DNA of 24,557 nt from a virus (IMGVR_UViG_3300017705_000701:1-24557), one strand, 5' to 3'; numbered from the stretch's first letter, positions 1 to 8,948 are shown. Numbers and translations are program-made. The notes: generated by a model from the letters alone, not told the origin.

Positions 1-1025
1 CCATCTACACCAGATTGTCCCAATCCGGAAGTGGCGTACACAACGTGCACGTGAGAATCGCCGTTAATAGCGGCAACAATTCGATCAGCAATCTCAGCAT
101 CTGTGCGCCCAGAACAACCAATAGATATTTGATTCGCAGCGCCGGCTAAGCCGGATCCGGCCGTTGTTTTATCTTCATCAAGTAATATCGTGACGGCGCC
201 CTCGGGAGATTCACCGCCGGCATATTCAGTGATAGTGATCGTAAATGAAGAATCAGCGCCATCACTCTGCACGGTATCAGTATCAATCGCGGACACCGCA
301 GTCGCTTGAACATTCGATGTAAATACCGATCCGCTAAGAACAGCAATGCCGGCTTGATAATAAAGCAAACCACATGCAGGTTGATTAAGTCCATCATCTG
401 CTAAACTAGCGCTTAAAACATCTGTTCCCGCGCTAGCTGTTGCATAAAGAATTCCATATTCACCTGCAGGTGAATTAACTTTATAACCATCTGATCCGCT
501 AACATCTGTTATTTTAATTCTATTACTATGCACATCACCAAGATAATCATGATCAGAAGTTACTCCTAGTTCTAGTTCAAAAGTGCCTTTTTTAATTTCA
601 TCTTTCATAAGAAGTCTAGAAAAATTCAAAAAACAAACTTCATTCATTTTTGTACCAGTATCAACAACTTCCCCTCCTTCATCGAACTGAAGGATAGAGC
701 CGGTTGCATCATATCCTACTAAAACTTGAGCCATTTGATTATACATGTTAATCTTTTTAGCGTTTTGTGTGTTTGAAGAGGAAGATAAAGGCGACTTTGA
801 AGAATATCCGAAAGTAATATCAAAAAGGTGGTTTGCAGAAGAACTTAAATATGGATAATCATATACAGATTGAAACATTCCATGTGAAAAGTTTTTAACA
901 TTGGCATCTGCTATGTACGTCCCAGAAACCAAGGATCCTGTAATAGGAATTGCCTCATGAAGAAGGGTTGATCGACTTATTACATCTTTTCCTGGTTCGA
1001 TTGTTTTGTCTGTGCTAGCTGCCAT
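1..1025 (-). CDS. Putative virion structural protein (tail/baseplate associated), 3'-truncated at the window edge, at least 341 aa; absent from the supplied ORF track
   Basis: I translated it by hand from the ATG at 1025-1023: MASTDKTIEPGKDVISRSTLLHEAIPITGSLVSGTY...FQSVYDYPYLSSSANHLFDITFGY...LLMKDEIKKGTFELELG...CGLLYYQAGIAVLSGSVF...IVAAINGDSHVHVVYATSGLGQSGVD. There is no stop before position 1. An SD-like GAGGT (+ strand 1032-1036) lies 6 nt upstream, and the ATG is 24 nt downstream of the previous stop on the same strand. The structural role is inferred from context. Confidence 0.88.
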   Translation of the reverse strand, partial: MAASTDKTIEPGKDVISRSTLLHEAIPITGSLVSGTYIADANVKNFSHGMFQSVYDYPYLSSSANHLFDITFGYSSKSPLSSSSNTQNAKKINMYNQMAQVLVGYDATGSILQFDEGGEVVDTGTKMNEVCFLNFSRLLMKDEIKKGTFELELGVTSDHDYLGDVHSNRIKITDVSGSDGYKVNSPAGEYGILYATASAGTDVLSASLADDGLNQPACGLLYYQAGIAVLSGSVFTSNVQATAVSAIDTDTVQSDGADSSFTITITEYAGGESPEGAVTILLDEDKTTAGSGLAGAANQISIGCSGRTDAEIADRIVAAINGDSHVHVVYATSGLGQSGVD

Positions 1026-1049
1026 TATTATACCTCTCTTTTATTTTAA

Positions 1050-2105
1050 CTAACATGTGCTACTTGTAAAATTAACGGATTTTACAATCACTATCGGCAC
1101 ATCCATACTCACACCAGTGTTAACTGCCGTGACTCTAATGTTTGTATCTATGTGAAAGAAGTCTCCCTGAGTAGCGCGATAATCTAAATTGTTAGCTTCC
1201 CCAGAAGCATTACACCTGGCCACAATTGAACCAGCCGCAGTGTCCCAATCGGTTGAATTATAAGCACTGCCATGTTTTACCCAGAGACTCTTAGAATCTG
1301 ATGGTAGGCCATTCTGTAACAATGACGAAACTCCAACTTTAAATTGTAACATGTTGCCGCGCGCGTATTTAATATCCGGTTGATCGCGATCAAGATGAGA
1401 ACCAAATTGGGTCATTTCTGTAACTATATTTCCATTTAAGCGGCTAACCGTAGAAGAAACAACAAATGTTGCAATTGAACTTTCATTATGAAAAGCATGA
1501 CGCAACGCTCTATTGTTAGTATCAGTTATGGTGCAAAATCGACTATCGCATTCAATAATAAATTGCGTTTCATTTAATTCACTGTATTCTTTTCTTAATG
1601 ATACTGGAGTTTTACCATCCGCATTAAGACCAAATTCTAATCTAATATAAGAATCCTTTCTAGCGTTAAAAGGATCTATAACCCCCCTAGTTGCCGGCCC
1701 TAAAGCAATAGCCGTGTTGCGCGTAGCAGCAACTACAAATGCATTTTTAGCAGGTTCATAAGGAAAAAACGCAACCTTATCTGCATAAGTTTTATTCACA
1801 TTTGTATTCAATATTAATTCTGGAAGGTAAAGAAGGTTTGGGTTTGTATATGAAATTAATTTATGTTTTAAACTAGCCGCATTATTAGAAAAGGCCTCTA
1901 AAACTGGCGTTTGGCGGATTTCTAAGTCGTAATAAGCACTTCCTGATCCATGTGCTGAGTTCCACAAACCATAATTGATCTCATCATCGCCTAGCGCAAA
2001 TTTTGTAATTTTAAAAGAGCCATCTCCTTGTGCCATTCGCATTCTTCCAACATCTGTTAATACCGCATCCAATATAATGTCGCCGCTATTATCTAGAAAA
2101 GCCAT
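1050..2105 (-). CDS. Putative virion structural protein, 351 aa, with an N-terminal DxxLTxxG...AQGD..FK...A..DDEIxY module (tentatively tail-collar/baseplate-attachment-like)
   Basis: Long ORF with SD AAGGAG 6 nt upstream. The N-terminal module is shared with the 373-aa ORF at 8948..10069 and loosely resembles the LTxxG...A.GD start of P2 gpH-type tail-collar fibre proteins. Function is inferred. Confidence 0.75.
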   Translation of the reverse strand: MAFLDNSGDIILDAVLTDVGRMRMAQGDGSFKITKFALGDDEINYGLWNSAHGSGSAYYDLEIRQTPVLEAFSNNAASLKHKLISYTNPNLLYLPELILNTNVNKTYADKVAFFPYEPAKNAFVVAATRNTAIALGPATRGVIDPFNARKDSYIRLEFGLNADGKTPVSLRKEYSELNETQFIIECDSRFCTITDTNNRALRHAFHNESSIATFVVSSTVSRLNGNIVTEMTQFGSHLDRDQPDIKYARGNMLQFKVGVSSLLQNGLPSDSKSLWVKHGSAYNSTDWDTAAGSIVARCNASGEANNLDYRATQGDFFHIDTNIRVTAVNTGVSMDVPIVIVKSVNFTSSTC

Positions 2106-2111
2106 CTTATA

Positions 2112-2117
2112 CTCCTT
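2112..2117 (-). promoter_or_regulatory. Shine-Dalgarno site AAGGAG for the 351-aa gene
   Basis: Minus strand reads TAAGGAGTATAAGATG, with 6 nt spacing to the ATG at 2105. Confidence 0.8.
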
Positions 2118-2123
2118 ATTTTA

Positions 2124-2153
2124 CGCACTTATAAATAGTGCGCGATATAAATA
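2124..2153 (-). promoter_or_regulatory. Candidate (late) promoter element: two TATTTATA copies, one in the loop of a 6-bp inverted repeat
   Basis: CGCACT (2124-2129) and AGTGCG (2137-2142) form a perfect inverted repeat. The + strand has TATAAATA at 2130-2137 and 2146-2153 (TATTTATA on the coding strand). This is the only sizeable intergenic gap (85 nt), directly upstream of the SD. Confidence 0.45.
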
Positions 2154-2190
2154 AAATCTTTTTTGTTTTATTATTAACTTTCATTTGACA

Positions 2191-5100
2191 TTAATATGGT
2201 TTATCCATGTTCGGCGGCGCGGATATATCAACACTACCTTGGCCAATGGGTTTGTCGACTTCAACCATGTCTTCAGTAAACTTAGCCTCTATAGGGCTCC
2301 AAAGAGTATTATCAAGAACAAACTCGGGATCTGGGTCTCCAAATTCAGCACTTAGTCCTTCGTGTTTGTGAACAAAATTCAAATTTAAATCAAACTTTTT
2401 ACAAGAAGATTTGCTAGTAAATCTAATTTTGAAGCGGCGCGGTGGCGCGGGATCTTTACCAAATAAACCTCCAAAATGAATAGCGCCAGAATCAAGCCCT
2501 TCAGCAGCCTCTATACTAGTTGCGCTCGGCGCAAACATTTTACTTTGTTTCAAGGTTGGTGCTATGTGTATATATTTTCTCATACTTTTTGTTGATTCTT
2601 TAGGTATTTTAGGTTTAATTTTGACGATTTTTGTTATTAAGTATACTGCGCCACTATCATCAACCAATTCAACTTCATAAATTGGACTTGGGTTTGATAC
2701 GTATTCTCGCGAATCAACAGTTCTAAATATGTAATAATATTTTTTATTTGGCTGTAAATCGTCAATAAAATCGGTTTCAAATGATTTGAGAGATCTACGA
2801 GTTCCGTTAGGTTCAAGTACTGGTTTTCTTAATGCTGTTGCAAAATCAGACCAAGCGCTCGGATGTTGTTCCAATCTAAAAACTTGATATTTAACATCTG
2901 GCTCGTCGGATTTAAATTTCAGTGTTGATGGTAATTCCATGTCATCTGCATTTATAGCCCCTTGAGCTAGCGCTGCTTTCATAAATAGATCTTTGTCCTT
3001 TGGTAGAATTTCTATTGGCATTTCCTCTTTTTCACCAACAAATTGACTAAGCAAAAACAATAATTTATTATTTATATTCTTATATGGGTATATGACAAGA
3101 TTTGGATGCAAAGGTGGCTTATTTGCAATATATAAAGTTTGAAATTTAGTATATGGTATTTTTAATAATTCTACCTTTGGTCGATTAAGAGTAAATATGT
3201 CAGCGATTGGTAAATAACTATGTTCTGCCACTGTTGGACTTCCACCACATGGTGAATACGTACCATCCTCGTTTTGGCAGAGTTGCTCTTCGGTGCCTTC
3301 AGAGACAATTTTCCATTCTTCGACGTCGATATAATATTTAATCGGGCCGGCCGTTAGAGCGCCCCCAGCCGCGTCGACCGTCTTCTTTTCTAAAAGTTCA
3401 AATCCTCTAGTTTGGATATTCGCATATTGATAACTATTACCAACAACTAAAGTGTGAGCATATACGTTATATTGATAGCCCATATCAAGTTTTAACTGAG
3501 CGTCGACAAACTCAATCAAACCATTTTTATGTTTTTCACTAAATGGTGGCGCAATGAAATATCTTTGTACCGTTGTACCATCTTCGCCCAGTGAATTGAT
3601 TTGTTTTTTTTCGACCTCATAAAACATCACCTCAGAATGTGCAAATGGGTGCATATCGTAACCTATTGTTTTTCGATATATTGTTGCATCTAATATTTCA
3701 AAAACAGATCTTGTATTTTGAAATTCTTCAATTTTGTCTTTAAATTCTATAAGCGCATTCTCAATACTGTCTGCCGATGCGTCTCCCATTAATTCTACAG
3801 TCTGGGGATCAAAAGATATTAATTTATTTGATGTTGGATTAAGTACTTCAGATTTATTATCGTAAACATATTCTCCTATTAAATCAGTGAAATCATATGT
3901 TTCAATTTGTATATCAGAATCTAAATTGCCACCATCGCGTATATAAAAATTTTGAATAGTTTGATCGGGATTGTGATGTTTATCTGCCACTTTGGACATG
4001 AAAAACAACATCAACGAATCTCTTTCTAAGCCTAGGTCGGCATCATGTTGACCAAGAAAAATATCGTTTATAAAAGTACCTCTATCTAACGATAAATAAT
4101 CCTTATTAACCGCGCGTTCCGGAGCTATAGTGTTGATGTTTAATTTAGCATACCATGGATAATCTAATGGATACGGAGCGTATTTTGACATAAAACTGTA
4201 TTTAGGGAATCCAAATATGCGATCAACCTCAGAATCAGGAAACACATCGGACAATTCAAAAAATTCCCCTTCTATATTTTTTATTACAGTATCTGACCAA
4301 GTTTGCATGTAGCTTTGTACATGGCTAGTTGCCGAAGCGTCGTATAAATCAGAATTCCCCAATGTTAATATTTTGCTATATATCGTAGAAAACTTATTTT
4401 TTGGAAATCTAGCATTTTGTCCTGATTTCTGCCACGTTGCTAATGCTTCTTCTTCTTTAAATTGACCAAGTAAAAATGGATTTGGTATAAGGTAGTGTTG
4501 GCTACGGCTTAATAAATTTATTGCTTTATCATATTTTGGTGCAATATAATTAAGAACGCCTTCCCGATCACCTAAATTGGCCGGCTTTCCACGAAGATTA
4601 AATACTTTATCCTGGTATATGTAATAATCTCCTTCATTTTTATACCCAGTTTTTTTTGCATGCATAGATCCAATATATTTATCTAAAAGATGGTTTTTTA
4701 AAAGCCATCTTTTTGCAATATATTGTTCATGTATCGCATTGGCCAATTCAAAATCTTCTTCGGCCGCTTCGCCCAAAGACAACGCATCTGACCAATCTTC
4801 CATTGGTAGTGCTACAGCACTGCCTAATTCTTTATTATTGTAATATAAATGCATAAGTTCTAAAAACAATGTTTCATCAACATCATCTAATATAGTATAG
4901 TGGCGCGGATGTGTACCTAATTCGCCGGCCTGATTATATAAGCCAGAAAATTCAGTTGCTTTAGAATCTTCATCTTTGTGTTTGTAGTTCTCTACTTGTG
5001 AGACATTACCTGCACCTTCAACACCTAAAAGGTGTGTATGATAAACTGGTAAAGCCTGTTTTAACTGTTCTTCGGAAAGACCAGCATTTCCTTGTTGGAG

Positions 5101-5832
5101 AAAAGTCATTAATAGCGCAAAATCGTTGCGAATGTGCATTCCGGTGGTAAAACCAAATCCATGTTTATCGACATATCCAGAATGATAATGAGGCAAAGGC
5201 CCTGAATTTAGAGCAAGAATTAGTTTCTCTTCGAATAATGCTTTTGTCGCTTCGTCCCAACTTCCGAACATGGCAGCTTCGAAAAACACACGAACAGTAT
5301 TCCATTCTGCAGATGGAGCAAGACCAGTAGATTCAACTTTCACCTCTTTTTTTGCTAAAAGTCGAAAGGCTGGCATAGCCACGGGAATGTAATCTGGTGG
5401 CGGTGAAGGTTCGGCTCCAGAATCTGGATCATGTGCTCCAGAATCTGCAGGCTGGAGTGCTATTTCTCCTATCCACGGATACTCATAAGGCAGCACATAA
5501 GCTTTAGAACCTGTGGATGAAAAAGGAGATTTTATAGAAGTGGTCACTGTTTCCGAATTCTTTGTTACATCAAACCATAATTGTGAATCCGTAGGGTATG
5601 ATATCCAGAACGTCGGAGTTCTCCAGTGCCCTATCCACGGTCTTAAGGGATCGTGACCTTCGGGCAAAGACCACACACCTTCTCCATATGCAAACTTTGT
5701 TGGATCTTGAAAAACAACACTATAGTTCAGAAACAAAGGAGATGGATCAAAGTCATATCTCATCCAATCAGGATTCACAATTGTGGAATTTACCTTCGGA
5801 TCAAGGACTGGATTTTCAACTTTTTGGACCAT
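2191..5832 (-). CDS. Large acidic putative virion protein, 1213 aa, with two fibronectin type III/Ig-like segments in the C-terminal half
   Basis: Long ORF with SD GGAGG (5842-5846) and a TAATG overlap with the upstream gene. FN3-like strand patterns: FYEVEKK...FVDAQLKLDMGYQYNVYAH (about 3455-3630) and KYQVFRL...FIDDLQPNKKYYYIFRTVDSREYVSNPS (about 2680-2895). The N-terminus is Pro/Trp-rich. Confidence 0.7.
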   Translation of the reverse strand: MVQKVENPVLDPKVNSTIVNPDWMRYDFDPSPLFLNYSVVFQDPTKFAYGEGVWSLPEGHDPLRPWIGHWRTPTFWISYPTDSQLWFDVTKNSETVTTSIKSPFSSTGSKAYVLPYEYPWIGEIALQPADSGAHDPDSGAEPSPPPDYIPVAMPAFRLLAKKEVKVESTGLAPSAEWNTVRVFFEAAMFGSWDEATKALFEEKLILALNSGPLPHYHSGYVDKHGFGFTTGMHIRNDFALLMTFLQQGNAGLSEEQLKQALPVYHTHLLGVEGAGNVSQVENYKHKDEDSKATEFSGLYNQAGELGTHPRHYTILDDVDETLFLELMHLYYNNKELGSAVALPMEDWSDALSLGEAAEEDFELANAIHEQYIAKRWLLKNHLLDKYIGSMHAKKTGYKNEGDYYIYQDKVFNLRGKPANLGDREGVLNYIAPKYDKAINLLSRSQHYLIPNPFLLGQFKEEEALATWQKSGQNARFPKNKFSTIYSKILTLGNSDLYDASATSHVQSYMQTWSDTVIKNIEGEFFELSDVFPDSEVDRIFGFPKYSFMSKYAPYPLDYPWYAKLNINTIAPERAVNKDYLSLDRGTFINDIFLGQHDADLGLERDSLMLFFMSKVADKHHNPDQTIQNFYIRDGGNLDSDIQIETYDFTDLIGEYVYDNKSEVLNPTSNKLISFDPQTVELMGDASADSIENALIEFKDKIEEFQNTRSVFEILDATIYRKTIGYDMHPFAHSEVMFYEVEKKQINSLGEDGTTVQRYFIAPPFSEKHKNGLIEFVDAQLKLDMGYQYNVYAHTLVVGNSYQYANIQTRGFELLEKKTVDAAGGALTAGPIKYYIDVEEWKIVSEGTEEQLCQNEDGTYSPCGGSPTVAEHSYLPIADIFTLNRPKVELLKIPYTKFQTLYIANKPPLHPNLVIYPYKNINNKLLFLLSQFVGEKEEMPIEILPKDKDLFMKAALAQGAINADDMELPSTLKFKSDEPDVKYQVFRLEQHPSAWSDFATALRKPVLEPNGTRRSLKSFETDFIDDLQPNKKYYYIFRTVDSREYVSNPSPIYEVELVDDSGAVYLITKIVKIKPKIPKESTKSMRKYIHIAPTLKQSKMFAPSATSIEAAEGLDSGAIHFGGLFGKDPAPPRRFKIRFTSKSSCKKFDLNLNFVHKHEGLSAEFGDPDPEFVLDNTLWSPIEAKFTEDMVEVDKPIGQGSVDISAPPNMDKPY
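5414..5447 (+). repeat. Short in-frame direct repeat: 13-nt GCTCCAGAATCTG twice at a 21-nt period (PADSGAHDPDSGAEP)
   Basis: Identical copies at 5414-5426 and 5435-5447, within a Pro-rich linker of the 1213-aa protein. Confidence 0.7.
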
Positions 5833-8800
5833 TAGTATCTTCCTCCACCAGAAGTCCCTCCAGGACTAGTAGGTGTAATCATTGTTGGAGATGGAGTCGA
5901 CGCAGCAATCGCTGTAGTTGTAGTTCCACCTGATTGAGTTGTTTGTCGTGTTTTTCTCTGACGGCGATTTGTTATAGCTTGCTTTACAACTTGGCCAAAT
6001 TTTAAATTAGTTCTCATAAAATTGCTCTCTAACTTTAACATGTCGTTTTTATCTAAAGAAGTTATCTTATCAATTGGTTGTATTCTTCTTTTAAGTGTTC
6101 GTGTTCGTTTTATTGTGACTTGTGAAGCATCTAATAAAAAACACTGATTAAATATATTCAAATTTAATAACTCATTCTGAGCGAAACAGATATTTTCATT
6201 AACATAGTGGCGCATGCGACAAAGCAACGTTGACTTTCCAGACTCCGCAGCAGAATTTATATGCTCTTTTTTTAATTCTACCCAATTAGATCCCCCAATA
6301 AATACCTCTACCGCCACTAAATTTTTATTATTTAAATAGTGAAATGCTGCATTGTTGAGCGTTTTTAAAGAAGACATACCGTTGTTATCATACCACGCGA
6401 ATTTGGCGACACTTTGACTACCCAAGGTCATTGCTGTTAATTGATGCGGCAGATTAGTTGCTTTGTTTATATTCTTAACTAAACAACATATTTCTTTTGA
6501 AATATCTAGAAAATGCATATAAAACAAAGGAGCAAATATAGGAGACAAGTTTAAAGTATCACCAGTTTCTTCATGTACTCGTGTTTCTCTAATGTCTTTT
6601 TCTGATATTTCTGATTTATATCGATCTCTAGTGGCTGTTGGCATCATTAATTTTGCATAATCGGCCTCTTCTTTTTCAGTACTATCAAAACAAGGAGATT
6701 CATGTTTTTTTAATCCCAAGGCGTTAACATTCGACATTGCAATAGATAAATTATTTTTAACATGCATAGAAAATGAATTTAAATTTTTAGAAAACAAACC
6801 GTCCACATCACAAAGATCTTTTTTTGATATTGTTTCTTCAATTGAAATTTGTTTGGTGTCTGTTATGACTCTGCCAAACTTTTTATAATTATACAAATTT
6901 ACTAGCGCATTCAAATTAGCTAATTCAGTATTGTTTATTGCGACATTTGTTGCTCTATTATAAAAATATGTATTAAAAACATTATCTTTTAATTTTAACA
7001 CCGCAGGGGTCAAATATGAATATGCAGCAGAGCTTACCACCAAAGAAGTGGCCGTTGGTGCGTTAAAATGCCTCAAAGTTTCTTGAGCGATTCTTGACAA
7101 GTAATTTTCATGATTTATAGTTAATAAGCCTGGTGTATTTGTTGTATCTGCAATAATATACTCATAACCAGAAGACTCAGTTGCTTCATAAAACTCAGAA
7201 AAATTATGATTAATGTTAATATGTTGAGGAAAAACTCTATTGCCGGTTGATACTGTATCTGGGTGCATGTCTTCTATGTTTCTTTTACTTTTGGTTGGAA
7301 GCTCTTCTGTTATTCGTTGAATCGTAGAAGTGATGTTTCTATATAACTCAACAACCCTTGAAAGGCTAGCCACCGTACATGTAGTCGGTGAAGACAGCAT
7401 ATATAAATTCTCTTCTAGATCGGTAATGCCGGTGGCGCCATGATCATCAAAAGATCTTATTGTTTTTATTAAATGATTTAGCGCCCAAACCCATGGCCCT
7501 TGTTCGTTTTTATAATGGTCGGAAGTTAATTTGAGGCGGCGGCCATCAAAAATAGCTTTATAGTATGCTTCAAATGAACTCTGGCCTTCTTTTAATAGTT
7601 TAAACATTGTTTTTAAATAAGCAACAGATCCGTCTTCTATATCTAATTTTACGCTATATCGGTATGTGCCATCTTTTCTATCCGACATCGACATATCTGT
7701 TACAGTAAAATACCTTATATCATTAGAAATTTCCTGATTGTTTCCTAAAACAAACAAATTTTCAATTTCTCTAATTCCGCCAAGGCTTTCTGCCTCCATG
7801 TTGTCTTCGTTATCGTTTTTTAAAGAAAGGGCGCGGGTTGTCGCGTCGACTATTCTTAGACCAGCTTGACTAGATTCAGCAATGGTTTCTACATAGCCAT
7901 CGCCCTCTAATAATTCACCCAAATTGTTCACCCTTTCACGCTGTATTGATATCTTTTTAAAGATGCTTGAGTTTAATACTTCTTTAAAACTCGCCTTTGC
8001 AATGTCTAGTCCAGCGGCCGATGAAACGAACCTTGGCAACTTAACATTATTTTTAATAATTTCGCCCACATTGACAGCAAAAAACATTTTTACAAAGCCC
8101 GCGCCGTCGCTGGTTATACATAAATTAGAAAAATATGCATTTCTTTTATGCGCCAGTGGTTGATCTTTTCTTACTCTGCAATTAAATGGTATTCTTGATA
8201 TTTGTTCAATAGTTCTATAATCGTGAATTGTCGAATTGGGCGAAGAAACCAACTTTAGTCTTGGTGAATTGATGTTTGGAGGAGTGCTAGCAACATAACC
8301 AACATAGCCATCAGGGCTGGGATTGTTCGAAGAATGATAATGAACTGGCCCGGTCCAAACTTTTCTCTTGCCGCGCACAATAGAATAGTCTTTTTGTGTA
8401 TCTTCTATAGAATCATCTAAACCACTATAAACAAAGGCTCTAGATTCTTTTACCCTTGTCCCTTTTCTAAACACATCTTCAGCTACAACTGAGGCGTCAT
8501 TTATAACTTTTCTTTGAAAATTTGCACTTGATGCAAGTCTAGCATATTTAGGGTGGTCTACATTGTATTGACATACAACATAAAATGTTAAATTCTTTAT
8601 GCCCCCATCAACAACAAATTCTTGAGTTGCAATATAAAACCCTTTTTCTTTTTCTTTAAAACTCCTTGGCAACCATTTAACTTCGGCAACGGATAAATCT
8701 AAATTTCCAAACTTTCCTGGGTGCCTTGCGTGCGTTATCAATTCGGTGCTTAGACTTACACCATTTCGTGAAAACTCTTCAATCATCCTAGGATCGGTAA

Positions 8801-8948
8801 CTTTAACGATGGTTGTTATCATGGAATCAAGCATTCGGCCACCTTTCAAAGCAACCCTAACAGTCACTTTTAATTGTTTATCTTTTGTATTTTCTAAAAT
8901 AACTTTAGAAATATATGGCTGTGAAGTACTTGTACCTGAATATTTCAT
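5832..8948 (-). CDS. Large hypothetical protein, 1038 aa, probably virion structural; low-complexity Thr/Ser/Gly/Pro C-terminal tail
   Basis: Long ORF joined by TAATG overlaps to both neighbours, with GGAG at 8960-8963. It contains beta-rich segments (GTYRYSVKLDIEDG) and WTGPVHYH, and ends TTQSGGTTTTAIAASTPSPTMITPTSPGGTSGGGRY. I do not recognise a family. Confidence 0.7.
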   Translation of the reverse strand: MKYSGTSTSQPYISKVILENTKDKQLKVTVRVALKGGRMLDSMITTIVKVTDPRMIEEFSRNGVSLSTELITHARHPGKFGNLDLSVAEVKWLPRSFKEKEKGFYIATQEFVVDGGIKNLTFYVVCQYNVDHPKYARLASSANFQRKVINDASVVAEDVFRKGTRVKESRAFVYSGLDDSIEDTQKDYSIVRGKRKVWTGPVHYHSSNNPSPDGYVGYVASTPPNINSPRLKLVSSPNSTIHDYRTIEQISRIPFNCRVRKDQPLAHKRNAYFSNLCITSDGAGFVKMFFAVNVGEIIKNNVKLPRFVSSAAGLDIAKASFKEVLNSSIFKKISIQRERVNNLGELLEGDGYVETIAESSQAGLRIVDATTRALSLKNDNEDNMEAESLGGIREIENLFVLGNNQEISNDIRYFTVTDMSMSDRKDGTYRYSVKLDIEDGSVAYLKTMFKLLKEGQSSFEAYYKAIFDGRRLKLTSDHYKNEQGPWVWALNHLIKTIRSFDDHGATGITDLEENLYMLSSPTTCTVASLSRVVELYRNITSTIQRITEELPTKSKRNIEDMHPDTVSTGNRVFPQHININHNFSEFYEATESSGYEYIIADTTNTPGLLTINHENYLSRIAQETLRHFNAPTATSLVVSSAAYSYLTPAVLKLKDNVFNTYFYNRATNVAINNTELANLNALVNLYNYKKFGRVITDTKQISIEETISKKDLCDVDGLFSKNLNSFSMHVKNNLSIAMSNVNALGLKKHESPCFDSTEKEEADYAKLMMPTATRDRYKSEISEKDIRETRVHEETGDTLNLSPIFAPLFYMHFLDISKEICCLVKNINKATNLPHQLTAMTLGSQSVAKFAWYDNNGMSSLKTLNNAAFHYLNNKNLVAVEVFIGGSNWVELKKEHINSAAESGKSTLLCRMRHYVNENICFAQNELLNLNIFNQCFLLDASQVTIKRTRTLKRRIQPIDKITSLDKNDMLKLESNFMRTNLKFGQVVKQAITNRRQRKTRQTTQSGGTTTTAIAASTPSPTMITPTSPGGTSGGGRY

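Noticed and set aside
146-397. 83-aa minus-strand ORF in the track
   Set aside because: It lies in an alternative frame inside the longer, SD-led ORF starting at 1025, and its sequence does not look like a real protein.
2124-2168. Hairpin as a rho-independent terminator
   Set aside because: On the coding strand the stem is followed by TAAAATAAGG rather than a U-tract. On the + strand the T-run is about 16 nt away and no gene ends there.
2185-2213. Perfect TTGACA (-35 box) on the + strand
   Set aside because: There is no acceptable -10 hexamer at 16-18 nt spacing, and it points antisense into a gene.
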